Notes under the pieces: model-generated
Databases searched by the model: none
What the model was told of the DNA's origin: nothing
The model's input: the letters and a program-made list of their open reading frames with translations, nothing else
From: Acutalibacteraceae bacterium
Lineage (GTDB): Bacteria > Bacillota > Clostridia > Oscillospirales > Acutalibacteraceae
Assembly (NCBI GenBank): GCA_045655625.1
Contig: JAZOPP010000007.1
Coordinates: forward strand, 1 to 35,595
DNA: 35,595 nt
Reading direction: 5' to 3'
Translations under genes and position numbers: made by a program
In this document: in pieces, positions 27,758 through 32,600 of the stretch
Position numbering within the stretch: the stretch's first letter is position 1
Layout: each line of letters starts with the position of its first letter

Positions 27758-27795
27758 AAAACCCCGTTGGATTTCTCCAACGGGGTTTTAGTTTT
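27758..27795. terminator. Bidirectional intrinsic terminator between the lipoprotein gene and the convergent hydrolase gene
   Basis: 14-bp perfect stem AAAACCCCGTTGGA (27758-27771) / TCCAACGGGGTTTT (27776-27789) with loop TTTC. T-runs are available on both strands. Confidence 0.9.
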
Positions 27796-27806
27796 AAAGG
27801 ATTACT

Positions 27807-29624
27807 TTACTTATTCGAGAAGCACTTCATTGTTGAGTAAGCAACAACGGCACCGCCGGGAATAGTATCAGTAAAGGATTTCTGAACGTTCTTGAAGCCC
27901 TTGTCAGCAACAGCTACGTTAGCAGCAGTGGTCGGCTTAAGAGTGCCGGCATCGTGCATGTAACGATAGAGGGTCGCATTGATTGGTTCTTCGAAGTTCA
28001 GGGTGAAGGTCTTTTCATCGGTAGTCATATTAACCATGAGAACCGACCAACCGCCATCTGCGAGCTTAACAGTAACAGCGTAGATACCTGAGGCATCATC
28101 AAGAGCCTTGGTAGCATAGGTGGTGCCGTTTTCGTTGCCCGAGAACTTAGCGAGGAGGGCGCCGGTGTAGTAAATCGACCACGGGATCTCGGACTTGTAG
28201 AGCGAGGGAGCACAACCGGAGCGCTGAGCACCGTATTCATACTCGCCGCCGCTACCATAGTAGTCAGGCCAGGTCTGGTCTAAGAACTGCCAAGTTGAGA
28301 TTGCCGAAACACCTGCACCGAAACCTGCGATCATCTGGGTAGCGATATTAACAGCGTACCACGGGTCATCGAGATTTGCTTCTTCGTTGTAGCTATCACC
28401 GTTAGAACCGAACTCATCGAGCCAGAATTCCTTCTCGTAACGGAGTTCGAACAGGTCCATAGTTTCCATATATCCGTTGAATACTCTGGAAGCATCATCA
28501 TAAGGATCATCGGTAGCGGACTGTGTCTTCTTAGTGAAGTGAGCAGAGTAAATGTCAAATACGTGGGGAGCGTTCTCCATGAAGTACTTGGCAAGACCTG
28601 CAGGATGGTTGGGGGAGGACTGGTTGGGTCCGATAAGTGTTATGTAGTTATCCGGGTCATTCTTATCGCGGAAGCCTGCTTCCTTGAGAGCGGCCTCACA
28701 AGCGGAGAATGTAGCAACCTGCCACTGAGCGAAAGCACCCATCGGAAGGTTACCGTCCTCGTGCGGCTCGTTTCCGAAGAAGAAACCGAAGTGGTTGGTA
28801 ACACCATGGTCCTTAATAGCCTTAGCAACGGTTACAACCCACTCAGCCAGACGCTTGTTCTGGAGCTCGTGGTCCATCATAATGTGGTAACTACCAAAGT
28901 CTATATCAACCATAACAGAGCCGTCAGGATTATAAAGTCTGGGATACATATACTCACATTCAACGAGGTAATCGCCACCGCCGTAGAAGAGAGAACCGTA
29001 GCTCCACATCATCATAGGAACAACCTTAAGGCCGTATTCGTCAACCTTTTTGCACCATGCATAGAATTCCTGCATAGTCTGAGTTTCGGTGTCCCAAGGA
29101 TCATTTTCGTTGCCGGTCCACATCCAGTTAGACCAGAACATGGTACGAACGAACTTAAATCCGGAATTCTTTAAACGAGTAAGCTCGAGGTCGAGCATTT
29201 CATCGGTATATTTGCGCTCGTGAGGGTCACGGCTTAAATACTCAGAGGGATGGTAAACGGTACTTGTAAGACCGCGGAAGGTCTTAGAGAGGGGAGCACT
29301 GCCGTTAGCTGAGGTGATGATATATGCTTCATCGCTAGCCATAAGTTCGTGAGCCTCGTACTCGATAGCATCGGTATAACCAAGGTTCAGCGAGATATCA
29401 TCGCTATCGTAGGGATCTTCATCTGTGTCGCCGTTTTCATCATCCTCGCCGTCATCATCGCCCTTGTTTCCGCCGGCAACGATAACAACTTTCTTGGGAG
29501 GATCTTTTTTGGAGTTTCCGCCCTGACACTGAGAAAGTGTAAGCAGTATAGCAACAGCAAGGATAACTACTGCGAGCACTGCTGCTACGATAGCAATAAT
29601 ACGTTTTTTCATTTTGTTATCCAT
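27807..29624 (-). CDS. Membrane-anchored putative glycoside hydrolase, clan GH-A (GH5-like TIM barrel) with C-terminal beta-sandwich
   Basis: 605 aa:
- N-terminal signal-anchor helix (aa 8-30).
- Poly-acidic linker GDDDGEDDENGDTDEDPYDSDD (aa 55-76).
- ...GFKFVRTMFW...
- Candidate acid/base FFFGNEPHED (E286, nt 28767-28769).
- ...IYSAHF...
- Candidate nucleophile FWLDEFGSNG (E404, nt 28413-28415), 118 aa later. This spacing and these motifs are typical of clan GH-A.

The family assignment is uncertain. Confidence 0.6.
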   Translation of the reverse strand: MDNKMKKRIIAIVAAVLAVVILAVAILLTLSQCQGGNSKKDPPKKVVIVAGGNKGDDDGEDDENGDTDEDPYDSDDISLNLGYTDAIEYEAHELMASDEAYIITSANGSAPLSKTFRGLTSTVYHPSEYLSRDPHERKYTDEMLDLELTRLKNSGFKFVRTMFWSNWMWTGNENDPWDTETQTMQEFYAWCKKVDEYGLKVVPMMMWSYGSLFYGGGDYLVECEYMYPRLYNPDGSVMVDIDFGSYHIMMDHELQNKRLAEWVVTVAKAIKDHGVTNHFGFFFGNEPHEDGNLPMGAFAQWQVATFSACEAALKEAGFRDKNDPDNYITLIGPNQSSPNHPAGLAKYFMENAPHVFDIYSAHFTKKTQSATDDPYDDASRVFNGYMETMDLFELRYEKEFWLDEFGSNGDSYNEEANLDDPWYAVNIATQMIAGFGAGVSAISTWQFLDQTWPDYYGSGGEYEYGAQRSGCAPSLYKSEIPWSIYYTGALLAKFSGNENGTTYATKALDDASGIYAVTVKLADGGWSVLMVNMTTDEKTFTLNFEEPINATLYRYMHDAGTLKPTTAANVAVADKGFKNVQKSFTDTIPGGAVVAYSTMKCFSNK

Positions 29625-32600
29625 TACATGCTCACTCCTTTCTTACGAGTTAAAACAAGTGCGGCTGCTGCAACCATCATAACCATTAAGCAAACAACGG
29701 GTGCTGTGCTCTGGCCGCCCATATCGGTGGTTTCCACCGCTGCTACCGCGAGGGTAGCAGCGCCGGAATGGAACTGTTCAAGAGTAACGGTGCCGAGAGT
29801 TTCGGCCTCGTTAGTGGTACCTTCGATGTACCAGTTGCAGTCGAGAATGTATGCGCTGTAGTCGCCGGTTGCGTTGGTAGCGGTGAGGTATGCCCACTCG
29901 CTGTCGCCGTCAACGATCTTAACGATACCGTTGCGTACGCCCTGGCCGGTAACGTTGGTAACGTTGCCGTTAAGACGCTCACAAGCAAGGCCCGAAAGAA
30001 CGGTATTCTTAAAGGTGATGTCACCCCAAAGGGTCATGTTCTCGGCATCGCTTGCTGCGATGTACATATCATAGGTGCCGTTAGCAATCTTGGTGATTTC
30101 ATAAGCGCCGTCATCAGCGATCTCAGCAGAGTAGGTCTTAGTGCCCTTGAGGATAATCTTAGAACCACTCGGCAGACCGGTGATGGAGCCGGCAATGTAG
30201 TTACCCTTAGAGCCTGCGTTTGCATCAACAACTGCATCGCCATTGGGATCGAAGGTGATAACTTGCTCATCATACTGAACGGTCTTGTAGCCATAGTCAG
30301 CGTTGAAGAACTCAAGGTAATCAACGTCGAAGCTGCCTGCAGTACATTCAATTACGAGGTAGAGGGTAGTGAAGCGTTCATCAGCGAAGGTGAATCCGCT
30401 GCGAACCCACTTGCCATTAGTATTCGGACTGATCTTAACGGCTTTGTCGGTCTTGAAGGAAGCAAGAGGTGTCTTGCCTTCGGGATCAATTGCTACGTAG
30501 ATGCTGCCCTGTGCAGAAGCATTTCCGCGAACAGACGCTGCAAGAGTGTAGGTTTCAGAGAAGGTCTGCTTGAATTCAGTACGGGTGTTAACCGGAACAA
30601 TTACCTTGTCGCCTGCCTTGAAGGAACCAATCTTATCGCCGTAAACAGCATTCTTATCGGCTTTCGAGAATGCGCCAAGAGCGCCTGTAGCCTTCTCAAA
30701 GCTATAGTTTTCAATATAGTTCTGAGAAATATCCTGAGTGTAGAGGTTTTCTGCCTTTTCATCGATAACAGAACTTGCGGTCTGAACAACCTCAATATCA
30801 TCGATATAAACGTCACTCTTAAGAGCGCTGTCAATTCTGTTGAGAACGAAGTAAACTCTGCCGTTACCGGTCATAATAGTCTCGCCAACAGTAATCTTGT
30901 GAGTTACCTTAGTCCACTCGGTGCCGGCGGTGATTTCCTCGCCAACTACCTCGGTAAGATACCAGGAAGGATCGGTTTCAATGAGCATGCTCTTGAAGGT
31001 TGTGCCTGCCTCAGCAGCCTTAACCCAGTAAGAGATCTCATAGGTCTTACCAAACTGGAGCTGGAAGAGAGCAAAGTTCTGAGAAAGCGGAGCGCCGGTT
31101 TTTGCATATGCCGACTTCTCATCCTTAGTAAGTTCACTTGAGGGATCCTTCTTCATAACGAGGGAACCTACGCCGCTGTGAACCTTAGCATCGCCTGCAG
31201 AAGTTGCAGTGTAAAGCTCATAGAACTTTTTGTTAAGTGCTAAGTTTGCCTGCCAGTCACCACTACCATTTGTAAGGTTAGTGGTTACGGTCTGTACCGT
31301 GCTGTCGCGGAGAACCTCACCGTCAATGGCCTCGAAGCCGGTTTTATCGATCTTCTTGAGGTTGGTGCTCTTCTCAATCTTAACGTCGTCAACTTCAACG
31401 TCTGAGTTGTTAGCATTTAAGAAGTGGAGAGTGTAGTGGAGAACGTCGGTCGAAGCAATATCAAACGAGTATTCCTTCCACTCGGAGGTGAGGTTTGCCT
31501 CGCCCCAGGAGTATCCTGTGAATGCGTTGGAAACGCCGTTATTAAAGAGTTCCTGTCCGCCGCGGGTCATACCATAGCGGAGGGTTCCGCCCTGAGCACT
31601 GCGTGCCTTGAAGGAAACGGTGTAATCGGTGAAGCGCTTAAGAATGAGATTCTGGGAGAGTTCTTCAACCTGAGAGAGAGCAGCGAAATCATTTTCACCC
31701 TCGGTCTTGGTGGTGTAAACGCCCTTCCAGCCGTCAGCGGTATTCTGAGCCTCAAAATCACCGTTAACAAGTTCATCAGTATAACCGCTCGAGGTCTTCA
31801 TAATCTTGATATCATCAACGAAGAGATTATCGGAGCCCTTCGGGCGACCGTAAGAGAACTGCATGTAAGCTTCAGTTCTGTTGTTGGTTGTGAAGGTGAA
31901 CTCAAGAGTATTCCACTTGCCTTCGGTATCACGATCGTTAAGACCGATGTAACCTAAGCACTGTTCGCTTACGCGGTCAGCGATAGAGAAGTTGCGTACC
32001 TTGTTAACCTTGAAAACGCCGGTAGGATCCTTCTCCTCAACGCGCTCCCATTCACGTCTGCGCTCGTTAACTGTAACGCTACCGAAGTTTACGTATTCGG
32101 GTGCGTAGTAAGCCATCGAAACAGTATATGTTGTGAAGGGTTCAAGGTTAGAAATAAGGAAGTTGGTGTAACGGGAGTGAGCACGCAGCTGCAGGCAGTT
32201 TTTGCCGCTATATGCGGGGGTAGTGCCTGCCATTGTGGTAATGCCATAGGAACACCAATCAGTGCCGTCGTGCGGATGATCGAACGTCGGCGGGATGAGG
32301 CAATTGTTCTCAAAATCACCGTCAACAAAGTAGTTGATGAGAGCATCGTTGGAGCCTATCTTCTTGAAATAAGCAGCAATAGCAGCAGCACCGTTAGCTT
32401 TGAAGGTGAGCCTGTCAAACATTCCATCCTCTAAATCCTTATCATCAGAAAGAACCTTAGAAGAATCGGTGTAATCATACCAGCCTGCAAACTCATATCC
32501 TGCATCGGGAACTGCGTTAAGAACGATCTTATCGCCTTTCTGTGCAGGGCCGCTTACGCCGCCGTTGAAGGTAGTATCGATAGAACCGCCTTCGCCTTCT

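Noticed and set aside
29768-31141. A 457-aa plus-strand ORF inside the giant gene. Also 33329-34045 (238 aa), 31424-31957 (177 aa) and 28539-29174 (211 aa, inside the hydrolase gene).
   Set aside because: They are antisense to a frame with clear repeated domain motifs. Their translations are Val/Asn/Gly/Ile-rich mirror images without recognisable motifs, starts or RBS. The sense strand rarely uses TTA/CTA/TCA codons, which leaves the antisense frame open.
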